Below, one piece after another: positions 39,930-49,416 of a DNA stretch of 64,000 nt. Positions within the stretch are counted from its first letter, which is position 1, and the number at the start of each line of letters is the position of its first letter. This DNA comes from Gemmatimonadaceae bacterium (GTDB taxonomy: Bacteria; Gemmatimonadota; Gemmatimonadetes; Gemmatimonadales; Gemmatimonadaceae): NCBI GenBank assembly GCA_040901985.1, contig JBBDYC010000017.1, positions 138,130-202,129 of the forward strand, read 5' to 3'. The notes under the pieces were generated by a model that saw only the letters and a list, made by a program, of their open reading frames with translations, was not told the DNA's origin and made no database searches. The translations under genes were made by a program, and so were the position numbers.

Positions 39930-41516
39930 TCAGCGGCGTGCCGCGCGCTCGGCGCGCGCGGCGTCAACGATCGCCTTCACCTCGGTCATCAGCGTCGGTC
40001 CGTGGTACGGCACACCGCCCTTGACCGTCCACTCCACGCCGAGGGTGCGCTGCTCCATTCCGTTCACGATCCGCGAGGTGCCGCCGGGATAGAGCACACG
40101 CAGGTCCTCCAGCGGGTTCCCGTCCACCACGATGATGTCGGCGAGGAATCCGGCGCGGATCCGGCCGAGTCGGTTTTCCTCGCCGAGCACGCGCGCGCCG
40201 TTGCCCGTGCAGTGCTGGACGACCTTCAGCGGGTGGAATCCCGCTTCCTGATGGAGCTCCATCTCGCGAATCAGCCCGTAGCCATAGAGCTGGTAGATGA
40301 ACCCCGCGTCGTCGCCGCAGGCGATCGTGCCGCCTTTGCGTTCGAAGTCACGCAGCGCGCGGAACCAGATCTGGTAGTTCTCCTTCCAGTAGATCTCGTC
40401 CGTGGAGCTCCAGCCGATGAAGTACGAGCCGTGGTTGGACGGATCCGGCTTGAAGTACTCCTCGAGCGCTGGGTGGAGGTAATCGCGGAACCAGGGAGAG
40501 GTCTGCGCGCGTTGGAGGTCGCGGCTCGCTTCGTAGATGTCGAGCGTCGGCACCCAGGCGACGTTGGCGCGGACCATCGAGGTCAGCACCGAGTCGAGCC
40601 GCGCCGGATCGGCTTCGCGCCAGAGCCGGCCTGCCCAGCGAAAGCGGTGCGTCTCGTTGTTGTAGTTGTAGTCGCTGGGGAAGTGCTGGCGGAGGTCGAG
40701 GATTGCCGCATCGGGAATCCCGTACCAGTGTTCGATCGTCGTCGTGCCGCCGGCGATGTCGTCCCAGACGTTCGTCTCCTCGACGCCGACGTGGTGGGCC
40801 ACGCGAAGTCCCTGCTTCTTGGCCTCGTCGAGCATCGCCATCAGGATGTCGCGGTCGAGGCCGGCGATCTTGATGCCGTCGGCGCCCTGGGCCTTGAGCG
40901 CGCGCACGCGCTCCCGCGCCGCGGTCGGCGTGCGCACGCTGCCGAAGCGGAGGTAGGCATAGATCCGCGGCGAGGCGAGCGTCCCTGCGCGTTCGGCCGC
41001 GCGCACCGCGAGGAGTCCGGCCGTGCTGTCCGTGCCCACCTCGCGGATCGTCGTGATCCCCGAGGCGAGCCAGAGTTTGAGCGTGTAGTCGTAGGGCTGC
41101 GGATACCGCGCGCGGTTGGGCTGCAGGTGCGCGTGCGCATTGATCAGGCCCGGGAGGATGTACTTCCCCGTGGCATCAATCTCGGCGTCGGCCTGCGGCC
41201 GTCGCGCGCGTCCCTCGGCGATCGCCACCGGGTCGAGGAACGAGACCTGGGCGATCGTGTCGTTGACGATGAGGATGTCGGCCGGGCCGCGCGCTGGCGT
41301 GCCGTTGCCGTCCACGATGGTGGCGTTGCGGATGGCCAGCGAGCGGGTGCGCGTGGCGTGTTGCGCGGCGGCGCTTGGCGCCTGCGGAGTCGCGGCGGCC
41401 GGACGATTGGGTGGTGTTTGGGCCGTGGCCGGTGTGGCGGCGGCGAGGGCGAGGAGTGCGAGCAGGAATCGGGCGGGGGTCACGCGCGTAAGCTCCGGCT
41501 GGGAGGAGGATCGCAT
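39930..41516 (-). CDS. Secreted amidohydrolase family protein
   Basis: IDATGKYILPGLINAHAH, GITTIRE, G.D, ADIIVVDGNPL. Confidence 0.88.
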   Translation of the reverse strand: MRSSSQPELTRVTPARFLLALLALAAATPATAQTPPNRPAAATPQAPSAAAQHATRTRSLAIRNATIVDGNGTPARGPADILIVNDTIAQVSFLDPVAIAEGRARRPQADAEIDATGKYILPGLINAHAHLQPNRARYPQPYDYTLKLWLASGITTIREVGTDSTAGLLAVRAAERAGTLASPRIYAYLRFGSVRTPTAARERVRALKAQGADGIKIAGLDRDILMAMLDEAKKQGLRVAHHVGVEETNVWDDIAGGTTTIEHWYGIPDAAILDLRQHFPSDYNYNNETHRFRWAGRLWREADPARLDSVLTSMVRANVAWVPTLDIYEASRDLQRAQTSPWFRDYLHPALEEYFKPDPSNHGSYFIGWSSTDEIYWKENYQIWFRALRDFERKGGTIACGDDAGFIYQLYGYGLIREMELHQEAGFHPLKVVQHCTGNGARVLGEENRLGRIRAGFLADIIVVDGNPLEDLRVLYPGGTSRIVNGMEQRTLGVEWTVKGGVPYHGPTLMTEVKAIVDAARAERAARR

Positions 41517-41542
41517 ACGTTACGCCCCGCGCGCCCCGGACG

Positions 41543-41899
41543 CTATCTGGCGCCGCTCAGCTCCAGGCCGTCAGTCGCAATCGGCTCGAGTTTCGAGATT
41601 TGACGGGCATCCTCAGACCGCAGGGCGTGCCAGAGGTCCCAGCCCTGCTGGAGCCCGAGCCAGAACTCGGCGCTCATTCCTGTCACGCGAGCGAGACGCA
41701 GCGCAGTCTCCACTGTGACCCCGCGTTTCGCGTTAATGATCTCGTTCAGCCGAGGGAACGAAACACCGAGCCGAATCGCAAACGCCGACTGCGTGATTCC
41801 GAGCGGCTTAAGGAATTCCTCGAGCAGCATCTCGCCGGGATGTGTCGGTGGCCGGTTCTTCGGCAACTGCCGCGCGCCGTCAACCTTTGCAGCAGTCAC
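41543..41899 (-). CDS. higA: HigA family antitoxin
   Basis: PTHPGEMLLEEFLKPLGITQ, RLNEIINAKRGVT, ALRL, FWLGLQ. Start uncertain (GTG 41899, ATG 41938 or 41944). Confidence 0.9.
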   Translation of the reverse strand: MTAAKVDGARQLPKNRPPTHPGEMLLEEFLKPLGITQSAFAIRLGVSFPRLNEIINAKRGVTVETALRLARVTGMSAEFWLGLQQGWDLWHALRSEDARQISKLEPIATDGLELSGAR

Positions 41900-41903
41900 T
41901 TGC

Positions 41904-42049
41904 CTAGTGGTAATCCGCAATCTCGACTTGGTGCGCATGGCCATCCTCCCACAGAAAGCAGATTCGGTATTGTCTGTTGATTCGAACGCTGAATTGGCTC
42001 GTCCATGGAACACGTCCGCAGTGGATCCGTTCGCGAACGAACGTATCAC
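41904..42049 (-). pseudogene. higB: HigB toxin remnant with internal out-of-frame deletion
   Basis: N-terminus (M)IRSFANGSTADVFHGR in one frame; C-terminus QFSVRINRQYRICFLWEDGHAHQVEIADYH-stop in another; 146 bp in total. Confidence 0.85.
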
Positions 42050-42085
42050 GGTTAGTATTATAATGGTTAGTGTTATAACTTGCAA
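42050..42085 (-). promoter_or_regulatory. Sigma70 promoter of higBA with overlapping direct repeat
   Basis: TTGCAA-17-TATAAT, 7 nt before the GTG; repeat TTATAA(C/T)ACTAACC twice. Confidence 0.8.
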
Positions 42086-42170
42086 GCGTGACAACCAGCC
42101 CCTGAAGCTTTGTCGCCCGGCATAGCCATGCGACATCACTCGAACGCGCGTGAGTGTGCTAGAACGCACG

Positions 42171-42202
42171 GAGGGGCCGGACGCTTTCGCGTCCGGCCCC
42201 TC
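42171..42202 (-). terminator. GC-rich hairpin downstream of yceI
   Basis: 14-bp perfect stem GAGGGGCCGGACGC with a GAAA loop on the minus strand; weak U tail. Confidence 0.7.
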
Positions 42203-42222
42203 GCGTGTCCTGCAAACCGCGC

Positions 42223-42765
42223 TTATGCCGCAGCCGTCGCGCCGCTCTCCGCCTGCGCCACCGCGGCCGCCTCGATCTCCAGCTTCACATCATCCGAAAC
42301 CAGCACGCCGCCAAACTCGAGCGCCTGGTTCCAGTTGAGCCCCCACTCCGAGCGCGAGATCTTGCCGCTCAGCGAGAGCGATGTGCGCTGCAGGCCCCAC
42401 GGATCCTTGATCGCCGTGGCGATCTCGCCCTTGAACGTGAGCGGCTTCGTCACGCCACGGATCGTGAGGTCGCCGATCACCGTGAGGTCGTCGCGGGTGC
42501 CGGTGATCTTGGTTGCCTTGAACGTCAGCTTCGGGTGATTGGCCGCGTCAAAGAAATCCGCCGACTTGAGATGCGCATCGCGCTGCTCGTTGTTGGTCGA
42601 GATGCTTGCGGCGTCAATCTCCATCGTGAGCGCTGTCGGGATGCCGTCGTCGTTGGTGGCGCCGCTGGCGGTGAACGAATTGAATGCGCCGCGAACCGTC
42701 GAGATGGCGAGGTGCTTGACCGAAAACTCGACGTTGGCGTGGGTTGGATCGATGTTCCACAGCAT
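42223..42765 (-). CDS. yceI: YceI family protein
   Basis: WNIDPTH, FSVKHL, RDAHLKSADFFD, LTIRGVT, DPWG; GGAG RBS before ATG 42765. Confidence 0.93.
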   Translation of the reverse strand: MLWNIDPTHANVEFSVKHLAISTVRGAFNSFTASGATNDDGIPTALTMEIDAASISTNNEQRDAHLKSADFFDAANHPKLTFKATKITGTRDDLTVIGDLTIRGVTKPLTFKGEIATAIKDPWGLQRTSLSLSGKISRSEWGLNWNQALEFGGVLVSDDVKLEIEAAAVAQAESGATAAA

Positions 42766-42817
42766 TTTGAACTCCAAGGGTGGGGGTCGCGTGTCAGATA
42801 TCAGGTAACTGCAACGG

Positions 42818-43888
42818 CTACTTCAGTGGGCCGAGTGCCTCCGCGATCTGGGAACGCTCGGCTTCGAGCCACGGCGGGAGCTTCAGTGCCTCGCCGAGTG
42901 ATTCGAGCGGTTCGTCCGCAGTGAAGCCGGGGCCGTCCGTGGCGATTTCCAACAGATGGCCGTCCGGCGCCGAGAAGTAGATGGACGTGAAGTACTGGCG
43001 GTCCATCACCGGCGAGACGTTCAGGTCCAGCGACAGCAGATGTTCGCGCCACGCCAGTTGCTCCGCGGCGTCCTTCGCGCGGAACGCCACGTGATGCGTC
43101 TGGCCAGTGCCGGGGCGCGCCTTCGGATGCTTCGGCGACCAGCCGAAGAGCGTCCACGAGCTGTGCGGCAGCACGCGCGTCTTGTCGTAGTTGGCCCAGA
43201 ACCAATGCGGAGTGTCCGGATCATCTTGGTTGATGGTCTTCTTGATCAAGCGAATGCCAAGTGCCTGTTCATAGAAGTCACTCGCGCGCTCGATGTCGTC
43301 CGTCATGCCCGTGATGTGGTGCAGGCCCGAGAGCACCATATCGGGAGCGATGGTGTTCACCGGTTCCGCGTGGGTCGTCGCGGCGATTGTTGCTTCGTCG
43401 CGTGTGCCGCGGAGTTGTTCCGGCTTCTGTTGCATCACGCCGCGACCGAGCGCCTCGATTGGTTCATCGAGCGCGTAGCCTGGGCCCGCCGTGGCGATCT
43501 CCAGCACCTGGCCATCGGGATCGCGGAAGTAGAGCGACGTGAAGTAGCCGCGGGGCATCGGCCCCGACGTCCCGATGCCGCGATCGTTGAGATAGCGCTT
43601 CCACTGAAGCAGCGTCTCGTATGTGGCGGTCCCGAACGCGAGGTGATGCACGCCCCCGACGCCGTAGCGTCCTTGTGGGGCGGTGGGCCACTCGAAGAAG
43701 GTGACGAGCGTGCCCGGCGCGCCGGTGGGATCGCCGAAGTAGAGGTGGTACGAGCTGGGGTCGTCGAAGTTGACCGTTTGCTTCACCAGCCGGAGCCCAA
43801 GGACGTCATGATAGAACGCGAGCGTGCGGCGCGCGTCGGAGGCGACGAGGGTGATGTGGTGGAATCCGAGGGTAGTGAGCTTCGACAA
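42818..43888 (-). CDS. Ring-cleaving dioxygenase / tandem VOC protein, MhqO-like
   Basis: Two repeats of HHIT...K.TVN.DDP...HH.AF...R.YFTS.YF..PDG..EIAT.GPG. Confidence 0.9.
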   Translation of the reverse strand: MSKLTTLGFHHITLVASDARRTLAFYHDVLGLRLVKQTVNFDDPSSYHLYFGDPTGAPGTLVTFFEWPTAPQGRYGVGGVHHLAFGTATYETLLQWKRYLNDRGIGTSGPMPRGYFTSLYFRDPDGQVLEIATAGPGYALDEPIEALGRGVMQQKPEQLRGTRDEATIAATTHAEPVNTIAPDMVLSGLHHITGMTDDIERASDFYEQALGIRLIKKTINQDDPDTPHWFWANYDKTRVLPHSSWTLFGWSPKHPKARPGTGQTHHVAFRAKDAAEQLAWREHLLSLDLNVSPVMDRQYFTSIYFSAPDGHLLEIATDGPGFTADEPLESLGEALKLPPWLEAERSQIAEALGPLK

Positions 43889-43946
43889 GTGACCTCTACT
43901 GGTTAATCTCTCACTACTAAGATACTAAGTCCCGAAATAGTTCCCG

Positions 43947-44417
43947 TCAACAGTCGGACTTGGGTTCCAGGGCGGCGGCTTCGGTGCCGAGGGTCTTGAG
44001 GAGGGCGGTCAGGCGGCGCTGATCTGCGAGGCCGAGGCCGCTCATCGCGCGTCGGATGACCTCGGCGTGGGCCGGGAAGATGTCGGCGACGAGCTTTGAG
44101 CCGTCGGGCGTGAGCTCGGCGTATCGGGCGCGGCGATCGGTGGGGCACAGGGCGCGCCGGACGAGGCCGCGTTTCTCGAGTTTGTCTATGAGAAACGTGG
44201 TGCCGCCGCTGGAGACTAGGATCTTCTTTTGGACCTCGCCGAGGAGCATTGGGCCCTTGTGGTGGAGGGCTTCGAGGATTGCGAACTCGGCTTCGGTGAG
44301 GTCGTGGGTGGTGATGTTGGCGCGGGCGTGGGCGGCTAGGGCCGCGGAGGCGCGGTTTAGGACCACCCAGAGTTTGAGAGCGGTGGCGGTGGGGGGGTCG
44401 CTTCGAACGGAATTCAT
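43947..44417 (-). CDS. MarR family regulator, MhqR-like
   Basis: ALKLWVVL.RA, EFAILEALHHKGP, KILVSSGG.T..IDKLEKRG, CPTDRR. Confidence 0.9.
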   Translation of the reverse strand: MNSVRSDPPTATALKLWVVLNRASAALAAHARANITTHDLTEAEFAILEALHHKGPMLLGEVQKKILVSSGGTTFLIDKLEKRGLVRRALCPTDRRARYAELTPDGSKLVADIFPAHAEVIRRAMSGLGLADQRRLTALLKTLGTEAAALEPKSDC

Positions 44418-44590
44418 CTCACTGTTAAGCTATTGGACTGCAGTCTCGGGAGGCAAGGACACTAGCTCGGGCTGTTGGGGCCGCGTGCTTCAGGTGTGGT
44501 CGCCGGAGCACCTTCCGCAATGTCGCCTTGGGAGAGACCTTCGTGAGCGCGACCTGGCACACGCGCCGCCTCACACTCTCCAGGAAAGCA

Positions 44591-47104
44591 ATGGCTCGCC
44601 GAAAGAATCGCGACGAGACTTATAAGATGGCGATCGCGTTTCGCGACCGTTGCCTCAAAGGAAGCGGTTCGCTGCTGTTTCCCTCCGATGACTGCTGGAC
44701 AATCGAGAACCTGCAGCGAGTTTGGACTCTCTTCGTCGAGAATCCAGACCTATCTGACCGCTCGTTCTATGAGAAGATCCAGGATCAACTGGGTGCGGCT
44801 CCCGAAGGCGCGCGTCGTGTGGCTGTTGATGCGATTGCCTTCTATTTCCTATTCCCTGACACGATCACCGCGAGCAAGAAGTTCGAGCGACTCACTGAGC
44901 TAATCGCGGGTCTAGGTATTGAATCTGGAGCTGATCTATCCGCGGTGCGGAGAGCCTTCGACGCCAATGGCATCGGCGGACCCGGAACGTACTACTCCAC
45001 CGGAGTTCCGTGGAATTTCGCTTTCATTATTGGATTCGCGATCGAGGCGAAGACGGGCGAGTGGGAGCTCGAAGATCCGGAATCACTCGCGAGCTGCGCT
45101 GACAAGGCAAGTGCGCGCCTCCCACAGAGCACGCAGTTGATGAAGAACGCGACGAAGCATCTCCTAATACCGGACTACTTTGAGCGCATCGCCTCCGACG
45201 GTCATCGCAACCTTGTCCTAGAACGATATGTTGACCTGGCGTCGACGGACGGCAGTGTTGATTCACGGCTGCTCGCGGTTCGCAGGGCACTCGAGAAACG
45301 ATTGGGCCGTACGGACTTCGACTTCTATGATCCCGACCTTAAGGCGGAATGGGGCTCCGATGGGCGACCTGGTGAAACGATCGACGTCCCCACTGGCGAC
45401 GTCGAGATGATTTCTCGTCGAGTATTCGTGGAGAAGAGTCGGGTTAAGGGGCGCCCTGACCGACTGAGCGGGCCGCACGCATTGGGCAAGGCACTCTGGT
45501 CTCCACAACGGTCAAAGAACGGTGGCGACATCTATCGCTTTATGCGTGAAGTACGGAGCGGAGACGTCGTTCTCCACATTACGGACAACGAAGGAATTAC
45601 AGGAATTTCTATCGCGGACGCTGCTGTCGACGACAAGTTCCGCGGCGTTGACGGAACCGAATGGGCCCAGACCCCGAGCTACCGCATTTCTTTGCGCGAA
45701 TTCCATAAGCTCGAACCTCCGCTTCATCGATCCGTGATGTTTGGCGAGCCTGCGAGCTCACAACTAGTCGCCCTGCTGGATGGCGGTCTGCAGCACGTCT
45801 TCTTCAACAGGGAGCCGTCGTTTAATCAGGGGCACTACTTGACGCCGGCTCCGGTCTCTGTGCTGCAGGTGCTGAACGCGGCCTATCGACGCAAGACCGG
45901 TCGTGATTTAGTCCCCTTGGAGAGCACAGACATGCCCGCGGCTACGCCGGGAAGTTCTCCTCAAAAACGCGCAACCGCACTGGCGTTGGCATCCGATTCT
46001 TTTTCCGAAGCGCTTCGAAGTTCAGGAATCGTCTTTGGTGAGCGGCACGCAGAGACTGCGCGGACATTCGTTTCGAGTCTCGCCACCAAACGCTTCGTTA
46101 TTCTGACGGGACTGTCGGGGTCCGGAAAGACTCAGCTCGCGATCAAGTTCGGTCAGTGGCTCGGCGGCGAGCAGTACATCGTGTTGCCGGTGCGTCCTGA
46201 CTGGACTGGGTCGGAGGCTCTGTTCGGCTACGAGGACGCTCTTCAACCCGCGCGAGGAAACCTCCGCGCGTGGCATGCACCAGCCGCCCTGCAGTTCATA
46301 CTGAAGGCCGCAGGAGATCCGGCTCGACCCTACTTGCTGGTGTTGGACGAGATGAATCTTGCACATGTCGAGCGTTACTTCGCAGAGATGCTTTCGGGCA
46401 TGGAATCCGACGAACGGGTCCTGCCGAACCTTAAGAGAGAGCCGGACGGGCACTGGAGAATCTCCGATCCGGCGTCGCCACTCATCCCCGTACCAAAGAA
46501 TCTCTTCGTGGTCGGGACCGTGAACATCGACGAAACGACCTACATGTTCTCTCCGAAGGTGTTGGACAGGGCCAATACAATAGAGTTTCGCGTCCCAACC
46601 GAAGCTTTGGGAGCACCGAACACGGAGATTCAGCCGGCGAAGTCTGGAAACTCTCAGGACGTCACTGCCTTCCTCTCGTCGGCATCGAAGCCGATCGAAC
46701 CGCAATCTGAAGGTACCGCCGAGTTTTCCTCTCGCATCCGTTCGCTTCATGCTCTGCTTACAGAACACGGGTTCGAGTTCGGCCATCGCAGCTTTCGAGA
46801 AATGCACCGCTTCGCCGCACTTTATTTACAGGCCGGCGGCGGCAATGCCGTGGAAGCCCTCGACCTTCAAGTGATGCAAAAGGTGCTGCCGAGAATTTTT
46901 GGTGCGCGCCGACAGATGGAGCCCCTCCTGCTCGAGATTGCTCGATTCTGTATCGATCCCGATGCATTCGCCGATGGCCCCGCTGCTGGAGTCGATCCCA
47001 CGACAGAGCTCTCGGAAGCGCCACTGCTGCCGCGGACCTTCGACAAGGTGCGCAGAATGATTGTCCTTGCTCGACAGAATCAGTATGTGGGTTTCACAGA
47101 CTAG
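44591..47104 (+). CDS. mcrB: McrB-family AAA+ GTPase (NxD type) with N-terminal helical and EVE/PUA-like domains
   Basis: Walker A GLSGSGKT, VRPDW, Walker B LDEMNLAHVERYF, GTVNIDETT..FSPKVLDRA, QKVLPR; lower GC than flanks. Confidence 0.88.
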   Translation: MARRKNRDETYKMAIAFRDRCLKGSGSLLFPSDDCWTIENLQRVWTLFVENPDLSDRSFYEKIQDQLGAAPEGARRVAVDAIAFYFLFPDTITASKKFERLTELIAGLGIESGADLSAVRRAFDANGIGGPGTYYSTGVPWNFAFIIGFAIEAKTGEWELEDPESLASCADKASARLPQSTQLMKNATKHLLIPDYFERIASDGHRNLVLERYVDLASTDGSVDSRLLAVRRALEKRLGRTDFDFYDPDLKAEWGSDGRPGETIDVPTGDVEMISRRVFVEKSRVKGRPDRLSGPHALGKALWSPQRSKNGGDIYRFMREVRSGDVVLHITDNEGITGISIADAAVDDKFRGVDGTEWAQTPSYRISLREFHKLEPPLHRSVMFGEPASSQLVALLDGGLQHVFFNREPSFNQGHYLTPAPVSVLQVLNAAYRRKTGRDLVPLESTDMPAATPGSSPQKRATALALASDSFSEALRSSGIVFGERHAETARTFVSSLATKRFVILTGLSGSGKTQLAIKFGQWLGGEQYIVLPVRPDWTGSEALFGYEDALQPARGNLRAWHAPAALQFILKAAGDPARPYLLVLDEMNLAHVERYFAEMLSGMESDERVLPNLKREPDGHWRISDPASPLIPVPKNLFVVGTVNIDETTYMFSPKVLDRANTIEFRVPTEALGAPNTEIQPAKSGNSQDVTAFLSSASKPIEPQSEGTAEFSSRIRSLHALLTEHGFEFGHRSFREMHRFAALYLQAGGGNAVEALDLQVMQKVLPRIFGARRQMEPLLLEIARFCIDPDAFADGPAAGVDPTTELSEAPLLPRTFDKVRRMIVLARQNQYVGFTD

Positions 47105-49400
47105 CGCATTGTCGCCGTCCACCAGTTTTGACTTCAAGTCGACGGATGGTCGGAGACTTGGGACACTCCGCGTTTTCGAGTTGCCTGGCAGTCCGGGTTC
47201 ACTGAGAAGTACGAGATCGGACGCGACTGACGTCGAAGCGGAGGAGTCGGTTCGGCTTCTCGAAGGCCGAGAATATCGCTATGAGATAGCCCTCTCGGAT
47301 CCAGGCATTTCAATTCGGCTTGATCGTCCAGAACTTTTCTTGCCCGATGACTCGACTTTTCTTAGTGGCCGACTGCGCCCCGGCCTGCATACCGGATTGC
47401 TCCCGATCGGACTGATTTCAGATTCCGGCGACAGCGCCTGCTGTGTGCTCGAGGTTGAATCAACAAAGCTTGGTTATCGAACCGATTATCGGTGGATGTT
47501 GTCGGATCTCGTTGAGTACGCGACGGAGCTCGTTACAAGGCCGTTCGCGGTAGCTGAACAGCGATTCATACCTGACAACTATGCGACGGGAACGAACGCG
47601 TACCAGGAATTCAAGTTTCTGCAGAACCTCCTGGCGCAGGACGAGTTCCAGGCAGCGCTTCACACGGTCCTTTCGCGGCCCTATGTGTCGTGGACACAAA
47701 GCGAAGAGCGCAGGACTGCACACCGAGGGTGGCGCGGGGGCGCCGCAGCAACGCGCGAGCTTGGTCGAAGTGGCCCAAGAGTTCCCAGCAAGCACCTGTT
47801 GGGTGCAATCGGAGAGTACGGACTGCCAGCAGAGCTAACGATTCTTAGGACGGACCCGACTTTCGACAATACGCCAAATCGCTTCATCAAGTTCGTGCTC
47901 AAGTCGTGGCTAGCTACCGCACGCGCCATGACGGACGCGAATCCCGATCGCTCGTCTGCACTCGGTGAGCGCCGCGAGCGAGAGGGTATGCAGGTTATTC
48001 AGATGCTGGAGCGCGCTCTGGCCGCCGATGTCTTCACGAACGTCCCCGACGAGAGACCGCGTTCTGTAAGCAATCCGGTACTGCGGCGGCGTCCCGGATA
48101 CAGGGAAATGTTGCAGGCGTTCACGATGTCGCAGCTCGCAGCGACTCTCTCCTGGAGTGGGGGCGAGTCGGTCTACCGCGTCGGACAGAAGAACGTTGCA
48201 AGACTCTACGAGTACTGGTGCTTCATTCAGGTGGCGCGACTGATTGCGTCCATGTGCGGGCGCGAGTTCGACCAGTCTGATTTCTTGAGGCTTCGAGACG
48301 GACGCGTCGAGTTCTCGCTGGCCGAGGGACGTGAGGTGCGACTCACTGGTACAGTCCGAAGGCTAAACCGTCAGATAGGTATCGAGCTCTTCTACAATCG
48401 CACGTTCGGGTCGGCTCGTGCGGGTAAGGGTTCCTGGACGAGAGTATTTCGGCCAGACTTCTCGCTGCGCCTGAGACACGGCAAGGACGTCGCGAGCGTT
48501 TCCGCTGAAGAGCTGTGGATTCATTTTGACGCGAAGTACCGCGTCGACCACCTGAGAGACGTGCTTGACGTCAGTTCTTCCGATTCGACGGATGATGACG
48601 GCGGAAAGATGAACGGTCGGGCGAAGTCCGACGATCTGGCTAAGATGCATTCGTACCGAGATGCAATTCGACGATCCGCCGGTGCGTTTGTGCTTTATCC
48701 CGGCAGCCTCGACGAGGTAAAGCGGGAATTCGTCGAAGTGCTCCCTGGTCTTGGAGCTTTTGCACTGCGACCCGACAGCTCGAGGACTGGGCAGACGTCG
48801 GTCGGTCTTAAGAACTTTCTGGAGGAAGTGGTTGGTCATTTTGCCTCGCAGTACTCTCAGCACTCGCGAGGACTCTTCTGGCGCGAACGCGCTTTCGGCA
48901 GCCCCTCGATCACTATCCCTTCGACACCGTTTCTAGGGTTCCTAGCGAAGCCACCGCGGGACACCCGGGTCCTGGTGGGCTACGTGCGAAACGCAGCCCA
49001 CATGGAGTGGATCACGAGTGCAAGACAGTACAACATTCGAGCGGACGCGAGGACGGGCGCGGTTTCGGTCGACTCCGAGTTACTCGGCTCCGAGATTCTC
49101 GTCTTGTACGCGCCGACGATTGGCGAGGTCCGGCTCTGGCGTCGCGAAGGTCCTGTAACACTCAGGACCGCAGATCAGCTTCGATCCTCCGGTTATCAGA
49201 ACCCGCGAGGATCGCTGTATCTCTGCTTGACGCTTGGTCGCGACTCGACGAACGAATGGACCGAAGCTCCAGATCCCACGAAAGTCGAGCGCGCAGTGGC
49301 GCTACTTCGACCGGATTCTCCGCGGGGCGCCCCGATCGCATGCACTTGGGACGACTTCTGCACGGCCCTCGGATCAACCGAACGCGTGCCGAGAAACTAA
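47085..49400 (+). CDS. McrC-like DUF2357 / PD-(D/E)XK nuclease with extra C-terminal domain
   Basis: DNTPNRFIKF, PGYRE, LYEYWCF, RPDFSL, FDAKYR, KMHSYRDAI; overlaps the mcrB stop; start approximate. Confidence 0.85.
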   Translation: MWVSQTSALSPSTSFDFKSTDGRRLGTLRVFELPGSPGSLRSTRSDATDVEAEESVRLLEGREYRYEIALSDPGISIRLDRPELFLPDDSTFLSGRLRPGLHTGLLPIGLISDSGDSACCVLEVESTKLGYRTDYRWMLSDLVEYATELVTRPFAVAEQRFIPDNYATGTNAYQEFKFLQNLLAQDEFQAALHTVLSRPYVSWTQSEERRTAHRGWRGGAAATRELGRSGPRVPSKHLLGAIGEYGLPAELTILRTDPTFDNTPNRFIKFVLKSWLATARAMTDANPDRSSALGERREREGMQVIQMLERALAADVFTNVPDERPRSVSNPVLRRRPGYREMLQAFTMSQLAATLSWSGGESVYRVGQKNVARLYEYWCFIQVARLIASMCGREFDQSDFLRLRDGRVEFSLAEGREVRLTGTVRRLNRQIGIELFYNRTFGSARAGKGSWTRVFRPDFSLRLRHGKDVASVSAEELWIHFDAKYRVDHLRDVLDVSSSDSTDDDGGKMNGRAKSDDLAKMHSYRDAIRRSAGAFVLYPGSLDEVKREFVEVLPGLGAFALRPDSSRTGQTSVGLKNFLEEVVGHFASQYSQHSRGLFWRERAFGSPSITIPSTPFLGFLAKPPRDTRVLVGYVRNAAHMEWITSARQYNIRADARTGAVSVDSELLGSEILVLYAPTIGEVRLWRREGPVTLRTADQLRSSGYQNPRGSLYLCLTLGRDSTNEWTEAPDPTKVERAVALLRPDSPRGAPIACTWDDFCTALGSTERVPRN

Positions 49401-49416
49401 CCACCTCGCTCGACAG

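Noticed and set aside
41904..42049. Programmed frameshift producing HigB
   Set aside because: About half the toxin is absent, so a shift would not restore it, and there is no slippery run at the junction.
41900..42169. 208-aa HigA as given in the ORF track
   Set aside because: The extension crosses the promoter and the higB remnant; the ATG at 42169 lies upstream of the promoter.
31775..49400. MTase and McrBC as one restriction-modification system
   Set aside because: They are about 12 kb apart with different composition, and type IV systems have no cognate MTase.
44433..49416. Mobile element or prophage call for the low-GC island
   Set aside because: No integrase, transposase, terminal repeats or phage genes seen.
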